DNA of 64,000 nt, from assembly GCA_976551045.1 (NCBI GenBank), contig CDPCPM010000026.1, positions 21,452,001 to 21,516,000 on the forward strand. Direction: 5' to 3'. The notes beneath the pieces were generated by a model that was not told where the DNA came from, searched no databases, and worked only from the letters and a program-made list of their open reading frames with translations. Of this stretch, positions 25,759 through 38,429 are shown in pieces (position 1 is the first letter of the stretch; each line of letters starts with the position of its first letter). The stretch comes from Glaucostegus cemiculus (taxonomy: Eukaryota). Position numbers and translations under genes: made by a program.

Positions 25759-28700
25759 ATGAAATCAAAACCAGTTCTGACAATGGAGCCATCTATGACC
25801 ATATATCTATTGGAAAATGTCTGCAAAAATATTTTTAAAAGTTACCCAAGGATGGAGCAGCCTTTTATCAACCTCTTGAAGCTCAGAAGAGATTTTTTTA
25901 ATCTTCACATACAAAGACATTTCAAAAGAATCCAAGTGCCTAATTAAGTGTGGTACATTTTTATGTTGCATCTTCTTTGTACTGCATAACAAGCTACAAA
26001 TGGAATACAGTCTTTGGAAATTAGAGAATGAGTATCAATGTTGACTATGAAACAACTAACTGCTGTAAAACAGAGGACTAAAAAAAACAACTGCAAAGCA
26101 AACTTGACAACAACAGCATTTGTTTGGGAGAATGAACATTTTAATAAACTGTCACTTCTCATGTGTAACACTGACCTCTATAAGGTTTCATGCAGGCAAA
26201 TCACCAATAACCAAGGATGACCAACTGCCCACATGTGATCTCACACATGAGTGTAAGCGGCTCAAAACCAAAGGTGCCGAGTAAACATGATGGAAAAAAT
26301 AACGGCGTCCCCTCAATTACCCTCTCTATCTAGTGATACACACTAGCAGCACGCTCAAGATGATGCGCCGTTCTTCTTCCACCCTCCCATGTCAAAAGCT
26401 CTAAATTATGGAGGATCTCTGACATACTTTCGAAGTGGTTACTTAACATAAGTTGTATGTTACAAAGTAGACCGACACAACAGTAATGCAGTAATAATGC
26501 ATACACTGCCAAGCTTTCTTACTAATATACATTCTTGTCCAAAGCAGCTGTTTTATTGTATTCGATAATCTTGCAGAAGGTGAATTAGAGATGCCAAGAA
26601 TCATGTATTCAGGTCTGCTGCACTACTTGTAATGGAACCTTAACGCTACTTAAATGGCACAACAATATCTTTTATTTCTAATTAACAATGCCACATTTCA
26701 AATAGTGAGCCTGCTGCTTCCAGCTGTGACAGGTTCCTGTTTTAATGTTTACTGTTGGAATTTGAGAATTAGGACTTTCAGGTTCAGCATATTAATACCT
26801 AATGAGCTATGGTTCATTTCAATAATCAGGTATTTGTAGAAATAAAATGCACTATTATCTGAAGTTGATACCTACAAGGGAAACAGAAAGATGGTGGTCT
26901 AGAAATACTATTGTGCTACACAAGGTTTTTGTGTACTATGTGACTGAATTTCAATTCCAAATTATCCTAAGTGACTGTCATTCCTCTGTGTACAGAGCAA
27001 CCTCTGGTAAATTCCATTGCAGTCTTCTGATGTTTACATAAGGCATTTACTGGGTGCAGAATAATGGCATCAAGCAACATGCAATGCATGATTGATGTCA
27101 GTGTGCAATAATGTGGCAAGCATATGCATTTCAGAAATGGACACAGGAGATCATAATAGGAGGGGCTGGTGAGGAAGCCCTGTCCCAGTATAAGGGTTAG
27201 GAGTTCACCCTTCCTGAAGCGCTACTATCTGCCATTGTACCCAACCCTAGAATTTTCCACAGCTGATCACGATGTCTTTGATCTGGCAGCCAAGGCCTCC
27301 CATCATTCTTTGGATGGGGTGGTTGTTGTACTGGGTGCCCACTTCCAATGGCATGATGCCCACTGGCATTCAGAGATGTGCTGTAGTCACTCCCATCAGT
27401 CACCAGCTGGAGAGACAAAGGCGCCCCAAAATAGCTCCAAAGTAATTCTCAGAAGTTTCTGCCTTAAATTGTGCAATAGGCTGAAATTTACTGTACCCAT
27501 GTACAATGCATACTTTGGACACAAGTAAATCACTTCCCTGTTGGCTATATGAAACTTGTATGGCACCTTATGCAGCACCATTCTTCTGCAAGTCCTCACC
27601 TGTGGAAGAATCTTTCAGCATTGTACACTTGTGGTAACCCACAATTATTTCCAGAGATAACAGTAAATTAAATTAGAAACAAAACTCCTGAGATTAAAAT
27701 GCTTTAAGAAGTTAATGGAGTCAGTGATGCAATTACATTTATTTGAGTGTCACTTTTGAATGGCCAAAGGAAACTACAAAAGTATTTAATACTTTGCTGA
27801 ATGCTCATCATAATTGCCAGCTAAGACACAAGCAAACCAATCAAAATGAGCATTTGATACAGTTCCGATATTGCACATTAAGCTATTCTAATACGAATTA
27901 GATAAAAGGAATCAATCCCTGCTCACCAAGAGCAGAATGGTAAATATCGCACTAATTAAATGCTAAACTCTAAAAATTTGGTAAGTCACACTGTTGTCAT
28001 TTCTTCACTGATTCTCTCAGTTACCTTTTCTCTAAAGCGATAAAAAAAATTTTAGATTATGAGGAACGTTTGTGCAGAGAATGAAACTTGCAGACAAGCT
28101 TCTTTTTTCTCATTCACCCAATGGAACAGCACATTTCTCGGTAACCACTGCTACATAATCAGAAGGCTAGTGATGATCAGCAGCACTAGAATTTGCAATG
28201 ACAACTCAGCACGATGCAGAATTTAGTAACAATTGCATTTGCTCTGTTACTTAGCTCAAGTGGTGAGTCTTCATGTGTGAGTGAAGATCAGGAGGTTTAT
28301 TTAACACTGGAGAACTTAATAGTTAAGTTCACTCTTTTTTATTGTGCAGTGCCCACTCACATGAACTTTCCAGTGGGAGATATTATGCAGTGGTCAAGAG
28401 AGCAAATTCATAGATTCTTCTCTTAATTGTCCAATGCATAAAAGCAGTGATCAACCTCCATTTTGCTGATACAGCATGAAACCAAAATGATCTTACCATC
28501 AAAACTTGAGCTTTACTGTTCTTATAATATACCAGAATAACAAGTTTTTCCATTTAATTATTTTCCTGATGTAAGTGTGTATAATTATTTGGTTCCTTAA
28601 ATGCCTGATCAATAGTAATTGATTGATTGTTTCTAAAATGTTGATGAAGTTTGTTGGAGCAGGGAAGTCACAGTTGTGATTGGTGCAATACCATCATTTT

Positions 28701-29007
28701 CCATTGTGTCAATGACCATTGCAGTAAATCAAAGTCAACAAAGCTTAAAAAAAAAGGAATCAAGACCTGTGGCCACATATTGATTGTTGAGAGCTCAGTG
28801 ACGGGCTGGACCCTTGCCAAGCGCAAGCTGATCAGATTTTAAGATTTACCACTTATGAATTACAGTTAAAACACAAGAGGATTGTTCCTCAAAGTGTCTC
28901 ATTTGTGCAGTGAAAATAATTGGAGAGTTGGGCATTTTCTTGTGGCAGCTTTTTGCAGGAATACGTGCATTTATTGTTAAAGTTGACAGAAATTAAGGTA
29001 TATCTGG

Positions 29008-30630
29008 ATTCATAGATTCAGACAATTATACAGCATGGAAACTGGCTCTCTGACCCAACTCAGCCAAGCCAACCAAGATGCCTAACCACACTAATTCCAT
29101 TGGCCTGCATTTGGCCTATGTCCCTCTAAACCTTTCCTGTCCATGTACCTGTCCAAATATCTTTTAAACATTGTAGTTGTACCCCTTCCACTTCCTTTGG
29201 CAGCTCGTTCCATACACCCACCACCCTCTATGTGAAAAAAATTGTTCCTCAGATCCCCTTTAAGACTTTCTCCTCTCACCCTAAACCTATGTCCTCTAGT
29301 TTTAGGTTCCCCTACCCTGGGAAAAATAAACTGCAACCATCTACCCTATTTACACCTCTCTATGGTCACTTCTCAGCCTTGCTTCAGGGAAAACAGAACT
29401 GAAGGCCTCCAGTCCAGCCAGCGCTCCCGTGAATCTTCTCTGCGCTCTCTCTGGCATCATCACATATTTTCTATAGCATGGCAACATGACCAAGTGTGGC
29501 CTAAACAATGATTTGTACAACTGCAGCACAATGTCCTATACTCCTATACTCAGTGCTTCGGGCAAGGAAGGCAAGCATATCGTATGTCTTCTTCAGCCCT
29601 CTGTCTATCTTTGCTGTTGCTTTCAGGGAACGGTGTACTTGTACTCCGAGGTCTTGCTGTTCAATAACATTCCCGAGGGCTCTGCCATTCACTGTGCATG
29701 TCACAGCCTGGTTTAACTTCCCACTATTCATCACTTCACACTTGTCTGTGTTAAATTCCATCAACAATTCCTTTGTCCACTTTCTCAGTTGATCAATATC
29801 CTGGTGTAACCTGAGACAACCTTCTTCATTGTCCACTATACCACCAATTTTGGAGTCATCTGCAAATTTACTAATCATGTCATCTACATTCTCTTTCATA
29901 TCATTAATATAAATATGACAATAAAGGACCTAGTACTGATCCCTGTAGTGCACTGTTGGGTACAGGTCTCCAATCTGAAAAGCGACGCTCCACTACCACC
30001 CTTTCCCTCCTGCCAATTTTGCATTAAATTTGCTCTCTCTCCCTGGATCCCATGCTGGACCAGCCTGCCAGGTGGGACCTTGTCAAAGGCCTTGCTAAAT
30101 TTCATGTAGACAATATCTACCATGCTGCCCTCGTCAATCCTCTTGATCATCTCCTCAAAAAAGCTCAAATCAAATTTGAGACACAATCTCCCATGAACAA
30201 AGCCATGCCGAATATCCCTAATCAATCTTTGCCTTTCCAAGTGCAAACAGTGTAAATCCTGTCCCTCAGAATCCCTTTCAGTAACTTTCCCACCACTGAT
30301 GGAAGGATCATTGGCCTGTAGTTCCCTGGCTCGTCCTCATATCCCCTCTTAAATAAAGATACAACATTACCATCCTCTAGTCTTCCTGTACCTCACCTGT
30401 GGCTAATGAAGATTCCAAAGTCTCTGCCAGGGCCCCACCAATCTCCTCCCTTGCTTCCCACAGTCTTAGGATACACCTCACAAGATCCTGGGAATTTTAC
30501 ACCTTTTTTTGCTTCAAGACCACGAACACCTCCTGGTTCATAATGTCAATATGTTTCTGAATATCACTGTTCTCTTCCCTGAACTCACTATCTTCCATGT
30601 CCTTCTCCATGGTAAATACAAATGATACAA
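29008..30630 (-). mobile_element. 5'-truncated CR1 LINE, about 1.6 kb (RT domain to 3' end), multiple frameshifts
   Basis: HGFVHGRLCL, VDIVYMKFSKAFDKVP, ISKFADDSKIGG, FPRVGEPKTRGHRF; antisense tail gattcatagattc at the left end. Confidence 0.95.
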
Positions 30631-33600
30631 ACAAATTTGTTAATGCCTTTCTTTGGTGCTAAGCATACAGAATTTACCCAGAGCTTGATTTTGCTTGCTT
30701 CTGGATGAAATTATGACCACTGCAATATTGGATTAGGAACATCTGACTGGGATCCAAGCTGCAGCATTTGATCTAACATAGCTTCAGATGCATGGACAAT
30801 AGTGTCAATAATTCAGCACTGCACCTTTCAGCCCTTACTCACTGATATTGGACTTCCCACATTGAGAACAATAACTGTCACATGATAGTCACACAAAGAG
30901 TAAAATCCACTGAAGATCATCAATGAGACTTGAATTAAAAGGTCTCCACTTGGTAATCAATCTATTGCACACATATTCTCCAGCTTCAGTTACTAGTGCC
31001 CAAAACAAAAATTGCATATTCACCAATGATTAGAGTCCTTTTGTTTTAATGCACCTCCTCACAACATACCATGATCTCTGCCACACTGATCGCCCCACAC
31101 CTTGCAGTGGCATGGGGCCAATCGCAGAACAGGACTGCGCCACGGCGCAGTCATGTGTGTGGGGCAGCTGACCACACAAATAGAAGACTGCCATGTCTCC
31201 CTTGCATTCTCCCTCACCTCCAAAGCAGCCTTTGTGCAGCTGCGGTGGAGAGAGGTCCTTTAAGATCTAATGAGCCTTCTCCATGATCAATGCAATTGTG
31301 AGAGCCTCAAGCAGATCCTATTGAGAAATATACAGCTTGAGGCTTACACTCAAGGTAGGAAATGTAAAAGTGCCCTTTCGAATAAGTTGTCACCCAATTT
31401 GGTGATTTTTGTTTAATGCAGATAGCTAAACTGACTCTATGCCACACTCTTACACTCAAGAATAGGTCTGATCCAATTTCTGTGCATGCACATAATTCCT
31501 CTTTTAGTCACTATTTCTCATCATTGCTTTTGATCCTTAGTCTTATTTTCTCCCAAAACATGAAACGAATTCCAATTTTGAAGTTAAAAGGGAATTTACC
31601 ATTTGCTGCAGTGACTAACGTCAGAATTCCAGAGTTTATTCTCCAATTTGTCACCTGGTTTACTTCTTGAACATTTCTTTTCCAGCAATAAAGAATTGTT
31701 TCCATTGACAGTTATGGCCACTGGCAAAAAATTTACTGCCTATAAAATCTTTTAATTCTATCCTGAGTGATAAGAAGCATAACTTTTTATCTCCATCACA
31801 TGTCACAGGGTTTGATGCCACCAGTTATGTCACAACAGATTTTTGTTTATAAATTTGGGACACATCATTAAACCAGCCTGTTTCTTCTCCACAGCTCATA
31901 AAAATCAAGGGGAAATAAACAGGAAAGTGGAGTCTTTGGGCAAGTTATGAAGTAAGCTAGCTGGGAAAGACAAGTGAGTTGGCTGTTCTGTAATGAAAAG
32001 CTGGTGCTTTTCTTAGTGTACCATACAGCCTTCTTGCAGCTGTTGAAGTCAAATATTTAGTGCATTAGAGTGAGAAATGTCTGATCATTTGCTGGCACAG
32101 GCATAAACCAGAAAGAAGTTCAAATGAACCGAAACTTAGACACTGAGATGTTGCTTTGTGTTACGCCATGTCATCATTTGATCACATGCTAACAACATGG
32201 GCCACAAGTTCAAACAGCTGCTGGCCTCATCATGCATATGTACAAGCTCACATTTTCTGATATTGCCAATTTAATTCAATTGAATGAGTCAGATTTGCAT
32301 TTTAATAAGGATCACTATCAAGTCAACATAAGAAATGATTTTGAGGGATGAAATAGGAATGGGTATCACAGTGAAAGTTGGCTCTTTAAAACTGTATTTT
32401 TATTAAGTAGCACAAAGACACCTATGTGGACTGAACAGAGAGTGTCCCTTTAAATATGACTAAGTAATGCAGTCTCCACTGAAGCCCTGTTATCGGCATG
32501 GGTTGCAATTTAACTCTTTTTTATGAACTAGCTGTTAGTTTGATTCAAGTCAGATCAAATCATCAGCCGGGGACTACCAAACCAGAAGTGTTGACCTTCA
32601 TGCTCCAAGTACAGTTTATCATGGATTTACTAGTCTAGTGAAAGGGGCTGAACACAGAGGACCAGTCTCCTGAAACATTAATCCACACCACTTCGCCCGT
32701 CAATACCAAAATGGATGTGAGGTTAATGAATTTAAAAGAGCCAGAGATATTACACATTGAGTAGAATGAACTGTGTGAACTCATTTTTATATTTCAACAC
32801 CAGTGACAAGTATCTTCCTTTAGGTCAATAGACCATCAAAATGTTCAGTTACCTGGACTACATTGCTAAAGTGTGAGCACTTTTATTTCAAAGGAACAGC
32901 ATCTTGGATTTTTTGATCTAATTCCTGATTTTATAACTATTTAATCCATATCTATTACTTATCACTGTATTATCTATAACTTATTCATTGCAAATTACAG
33001 TCACTTGCAAACCACTGAGTATTCCATCCTTCTCAGATTGGGAGTAATTTCCATACACAAATAAATGAAAGTAAATTTCTTTTTTTCACTTTAATGACCG
33101 CATCTATTTTTGTTTTCTTTGTCAAATCCTTGTATTACTGCCACATTCCAGGGATACTTCCCTCTGTCATGATAAGTACCAGATGAGTAGATACAACAGC
33201 AGTCAATGGAGGCTCAAGATGAGTTAGGAGGCACTTGGGTGGTCCTTTCTTCAACAAAGATGCAGCACCCAATGCATCACATTTTCTAATGTTATGTTTA
33301 AGTACAAGTCCTTCCACATGCCTTGTGACATTGGCTGCAGGGAAAGACTTCTACTTAAAGTTCTGACGCATACTGTGAAACATGTACAGTGTATATTGAT
33401 CTTCAAGCTTTTTCTGTCCTCTCTGTGCAGGGGGGCCTCACCTTTAATTTATACCCTTGTCCAATTAGAGTGGTGACTCGGTTCCAGTCACAATTACTTT
33501 GTTCTTGAGCATGCAATGGAAAACCACACCCTTCCTGAATATGTCTATTCTTTCAAATACTGTGAAAATAAAAACAAAACCATCACTAATATCATCATCT

Positions 33601-34139
33601 GCAATTGGACAAATATTGTTCCATTAGTTGCCAGTATTTGCACAGATAATCTTATGTGCATCTGATCATCATTATTATACAGAAGAGATCACCAGGTTTA
33701 CTGCAGATTGCTTTACAATGTAGAAGTCAAACAGCATTGATACATTAATTGCACCAATCTCTTGATGTTCCTGGTCTTCAATTGGGAGACCAGGCTTGTA
33801 TGGTTTTTGCTTCATCATTGGTTTTAGAATTAGCTCACTGGATTTACCATATTAAAGCAAACTAATGCTTTTATTTCCAAACATGAGAAATCTGTTAAAT
33901 CAGTGATCAGCTTTAGGAATGAATTGGGAGAGAAAAGCAGACTGATCATGCACCTATCTTGAGATTTATAAAACACATACTGTCCTGTGCTAACTCAAGA
34001 AAGCATTGCGTGTACCTGCTAGCTATGTGTTATCCTTTCCAAATTTGGAAATTCCTTGCAGGGATACAATATCTCACCCAAGTAACCATCCTTCATGTTT
34101 AAGTCTACAGTGATAGTTAACAGACTGTGCATCACAAAA

Positions 34140-34292
34140 GACAACTGACATCCTCCTGGCAGCCAGTCATCAGGGATGGAAACCCTGGCTCAATTTCTTC
34201 CCTTTAACCCAGAGATATCGAGGCCAATTTTACTTTCTTATCACCATCTATTTACGATGAATCCAGCCACAAACCCAGGAATTGAACTTGAC
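34140..34292 (-). mobile_element. Fragment of an old tRNA-derived SINE
   Basis: The antisense has B-box-like agttcaattcctgggtttgtggctg followed by aattggcctcgatatctctgggtt...gagccagggttt; similar decayed pieces may lie near 21200-21325 and 53480-53545. Confidence 0.45.
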
Positions 34293-34399
34293 AAAATCCA
34301 AAGCAATTGCTTAGTTTTTTCCAAAAAAAATTTATGGAAACCTTGAACAAACTCAAGCAATAGGTCAGTCTTGAGTCAACAGTACCTACTTTTAAACAG

Positions 34400-34710
34400 G
34401 AGGTAGCAGCTGGCAGTCCATGTCATATTTCGGAGACTTGAGCACAAATCAAAGCTAATGCTTCAGTGCAGCACTGAGTGAGTGCTGACTGTTACAGGTA
34501 CCATCATTCAGATGAGATATTAAATCAAGGGCCTCTTTAATGAGAATTAAACATCCTAAACAGTTAGGTTCTCCCAATATCCTAATTAGTCTTCATCACG
34601 CAACTAATAAATGAATAATTTCATTCCTATTTGAGATACCTTGCTGCAAATTGGCTGCAAAACATTTTGGCCCAACCTAAGGTCATGAAGGTTGATGTGC
34701 AAATTGTTTT
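34400..34710 (+). mobile_element. DeuSINE-type SINE (SacSINE1-like)
   Basis: gagacttgagcacaaatc...cagtgcagcactgagtgagtgctg...tcagatgagatattaaatcaagggg and cttgctgcaaattggctgc match my recollection of the Deu-domain consensus; L2-like tail aaggtcatgaagg. Confidence 0.75.
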
Positions 34711-35450
34711 TTTTGCTTGTCTTTGCTAATAGGATACATCGCTTTACCAAATCCTAGGCCGAAGAAAATAATTAGTTAACTATTATAATGGGCAAAGTAA
34801 CCAAATCTCTGCATCAGTAGTATTTCCAAAATAAACTAGCCACAACTGTAACATTGTTGACTTCTGTAGGCCATAATGGACAGGTAGAGTGAACAAGAGT
34901 GTTGTAGGTGCAGGAACCATGACTTTAAATGGATCACAGTAAAATCTATACTGATACGGAGACTAGCATTCATAATGCTTCAAAATCCCTGTGATACTTA
35001 GTGGCAGTGGTACAACCCAGATTAGGTCCTCTGCAGTCTCTATGTTGACATGCTGCCCAGATGTTGGTACAGTTAACAGGCATTAGAGGATAAAGTATCC
35101 TCACAAATGGGATTAAAAGAAAGCTTATTTAACCATTATTACATCTGACTCAAAGGAGGCAAACCAGATTTAATGGGAACAAACAGCAAGAATATATCAC
35201 GCAGCCTCAAATATCACCACTCCAGTGACTGTTTTCACAACCAACTGTTGTTTGTTGAAAAATTGTCACTGGGCACAAATAAACTTAATGTACCCACCTC
35301 ATTTTTGGTTTTACCTGATCAGTGCATTAAAAACTGGATCAACTCATCAGATTTGATAGCCTATCAAAAAATATACAGAAGTGGAGCTCAGTTGATAAGG
35401 CCAAGTTAGCACATATTCTTTCCATAATAGATGTATCTTCCCATGAGAAA

Positions 35451-35463
35451 GAGAGAGAGAGAG

Positions 35464-35494
<31 letters not shown>
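35451..35494. repeat. Compound microsatellite (GA)8(GT)14
   Basis: Read directly. Confidence 0.97.
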
Positions 35495-35499
<5 letters not shown>

Positions 35500-35874
35500 C
35501 TTGTGCAGGAATAAAACTTCTATAAATAAACAACTTAAAGTACCAACTCAGCTGCAGTGCTCTTGGTGATTTTTAGTGAATGGCTACTTCAGTCACGCCC
35601 ATGATTTCTAGCCACTTTCTAACTCTGGTGATCACTCCCTTCAAGTTGAAATAAGTACTATTTATATCCACATAAGGATGTCAAACCAGCCATCGAAAGA
35701 GCTTCTGTGTGAAATTAAAAAAAGGATTGAAGCAGTATATTGTAACTATTCCAACTAAACTTTGTGGATGCTGCTATTTAAGTAATACTTCTAGCACTGA
35801 GCCAATGGACAGTTGTCTTGGTTGATACATAGAAAAAGACTTGCCAGGTAAGTTAACGGAATCAAAATTTTGTA

Positions 35875-36480
35875 TTAAGTTAACACGCTTTCTGTGCAGT
35901 AACGCACTCTCAGACATTTGACAGGAGTGATAGCAAACAAAGAAGGTGAACTAGCCACAGGAGGAGATAAAAGGTCATCAATGAAGCAGGCCTCAAGAAG
36001 CAATGTAAAAGAGGAGAGACTCATGGAGGTTTAGACTCATAAGGGCCCAAGGCAGAAGTTCCAGACCCTTAGCCCCAGACAGCTGAAGGCACAATGACCA
36101 AAGGCAGAACAACCTGGAGTGTGCCAGAGGTAAGACCACAGAGATCAGAGGGATGATGGAGGTTAGAAATAAAAAAAGGGGGGAAGGGGAGGGAGGTAGT
36201 GGTAAAGACCAAGAAGAGATCTGAAAATAAGATTATTTGGTTTAAAGTTGAAGTGCAATTGTAAATGGGCAAACACAGAGACATCAGTGAACTGAACTTA
36301 GTGGACAATAGGATGTAGCAGAAGAACTTTGCTATGTCTAGAGTTTAGTATTGCACTCCTATCTTAGCTGGTCTCTGAAACTAGAAACTAAAGTCATCAA
36401 AGGCACAGACAAAGCCTCCAGCGGCATGTAAGCTGAGGCAGAGATGGAGTCAGTCATGGTAAGGAGATGGAGAGAGAAAG
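35875..36480 (-). mobile_element. Degenerate L2 LINE 3' fragment
   Basis: ttccagacccttagccccagacagctgaaggcac and gctgaggcagagatggag; antisense-collinear with the L2 at 20275-20935. Confidence 0.7.
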
Positions 36481-36995
36481 GTGATACAACATGTAGCAGG
36501 TGCTAGCTGCCTACTCTCTGAAACACACTCTGGACCTACAGGAAGGTAGCTTACCTGAGAGAAGTGACAAAGTACCTACCAGATTCATGTCGCAAAAACC
36601 TTCCCCAAATACATGAATGAAAAGCAGCAGCTCAAATTAGTTCCCACCCATCTTGCAGCAAGGGAGCATCGCAATTAGGTTCATAACACTGTCCAAGTCA
36701 GCAGGGGACAAGCAAGTCTATTATTTGTAATATCCAATTTCTTTCTTTCCTAATGATGGCATTTTCGCCAGGAGGAATTTCTACTCCTTTTGCTTGAAAA
36801 TGAAAGCTATCAGCTTGAGTGAAAAACAAATCTACACACAGTTAAAAACAGTGAGCTCTCATTGAAACCAATATTGACGCTTACAAGACTCTTACAGGGG
36901 ACTCATCAGAAACAGCAACAAATAATATGCTACAATTTCAAATTTGTTTTGAATTTTCTACTGGGGAGAACATGATTGACTGTGATGAGTCATTA

Positions 36996-37645
36996 GCAAC
37001 AAGGAGTTCCATTTATTTATCAATTTTAACACAGCATAAAGTGTCCCAAGGTGCTGTACAGAAGTGTAATCAAACAAAAGATTGATGCCAAGTAACATAA
37101 AGAGATATTAGGACATAAGACCAAAGCTTACTCAACGTAATACTTTAAAGGAGTGTTTAGGAGGAGGAAAGTAAATTGGAAATGGTGAGTTTGGAAAGCA
37201 ATAATAGAGCTTAGGTCCGAGGCTGCTGAAGGTAAGGCCACCGACTGCACAGTGAAGTCTGGGGATAAGGAAAAGCCCAGGACTGAGGGATGCAGCTATC
37301 TTGGATGATTGTCAGGCTGGAGATGACAGAGACACAAAGAATCATGAAGAAATTTGAAGATGAAAATGAGAACTTCAATTACTTAAATTAAGTTACTTAA
37401 ATGGGAATAAGAATAGGTCAACCGGCACAGGGATGATGAGTTGACATGACTTGCTGTAAGTAAGAACAAGGGCTGCCGAGTTTTTGATGAACTCAAGGTT
37501 ACAACAAAAAAAGTCCAGCCTGGAGAGAACTAGAACACTCAAATCCTGAGGTGACAAGACAAAGGTGAGGGTTTCACCAACAGATAAGCTGAAGTATGAG
37601 CAGAGAAAGGGATGCTGCAGAGGTGGAAATCGATAGCTTTAACAA
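36996..37645 (-). mobile_element. L2 LINE 3' fragment
   Basis: Antisense tail catttatttat...gtcccaaggtgct; agagcttaggtcc...gctgctgaagg; gaggtgacaagacaaaggtgagggtttca (antisense of the ETL...VTS motif). Confidence 0.8.
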
Positions 37646-38429
37646 TGACTACAGTTAGGAGGCCCAATATCAAATGAGTAAATATGGGATCAAGTGAAGA
37701 GAGAGAAGGATAAATGTCATTCTTTAATTTATACTGCTACAATGATGATTTTTTTGTACCAGAACAAAACAACAGTATTGGAACTTTGAGTCTTCCACAT
37801 GTCTATGATTGGATGCTGTTGATCAAGTCGAGATCAGCCTACGAGAAGTCTACCACGAAACCCCTCACACCTTAAGATATTTATTGTAAATTAAAATGCA
37901 CACTGGATCAAATGGCCCATACAAATGGAAGTGCAGAAAACATTTGCAGGAGTTCAATAATTCTACTGGATTACTGTCCATTGTTTACTTTAATTCTAAA
38001 TTGTCTATTCAATGTGTAGCAGATGATTGTCCAAACAATTGAAGGGACCAAAAATCCTTTGTTATGGACATTTAGTGGGGAAGGAGTACTCAGTGCGGTA
38101 TCAGGAAAGGGCAAACCTGTTATTTCAGTGAATTCCACCACTGCGCACAAATTGCCTTCCACCTCCTTAAACTTTTATTATAGATCTATGTTACATTTTA
38201 AGACTCATTGATTTGTGCTTACATCACAAGCAACATTTTTTAAAAATAGCAAACCAATTCTGCTTTCAATACTTTCCACTAGCATACATTATTTACTTTA
38301 TGTTATTATTAACTTGATGCAAAATCTTATCATCTAAACACTCTCTGCATTGATGTCTTTGACTATTTAACATTATCATGGTTTATTAGCATTGGTGAAA
38401 AGCATTCGGGCATTCTTATAAAACAAAGC

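Noticed and set aside
33405-33575. Strong acceptor-like site at 33430 with a downstream AATAAA (similar sites at 349 and 8392)
   Set aside because: Pyrimidine tracts followed by CAG are common in this composition; no coherent spliced ORF can be assembled
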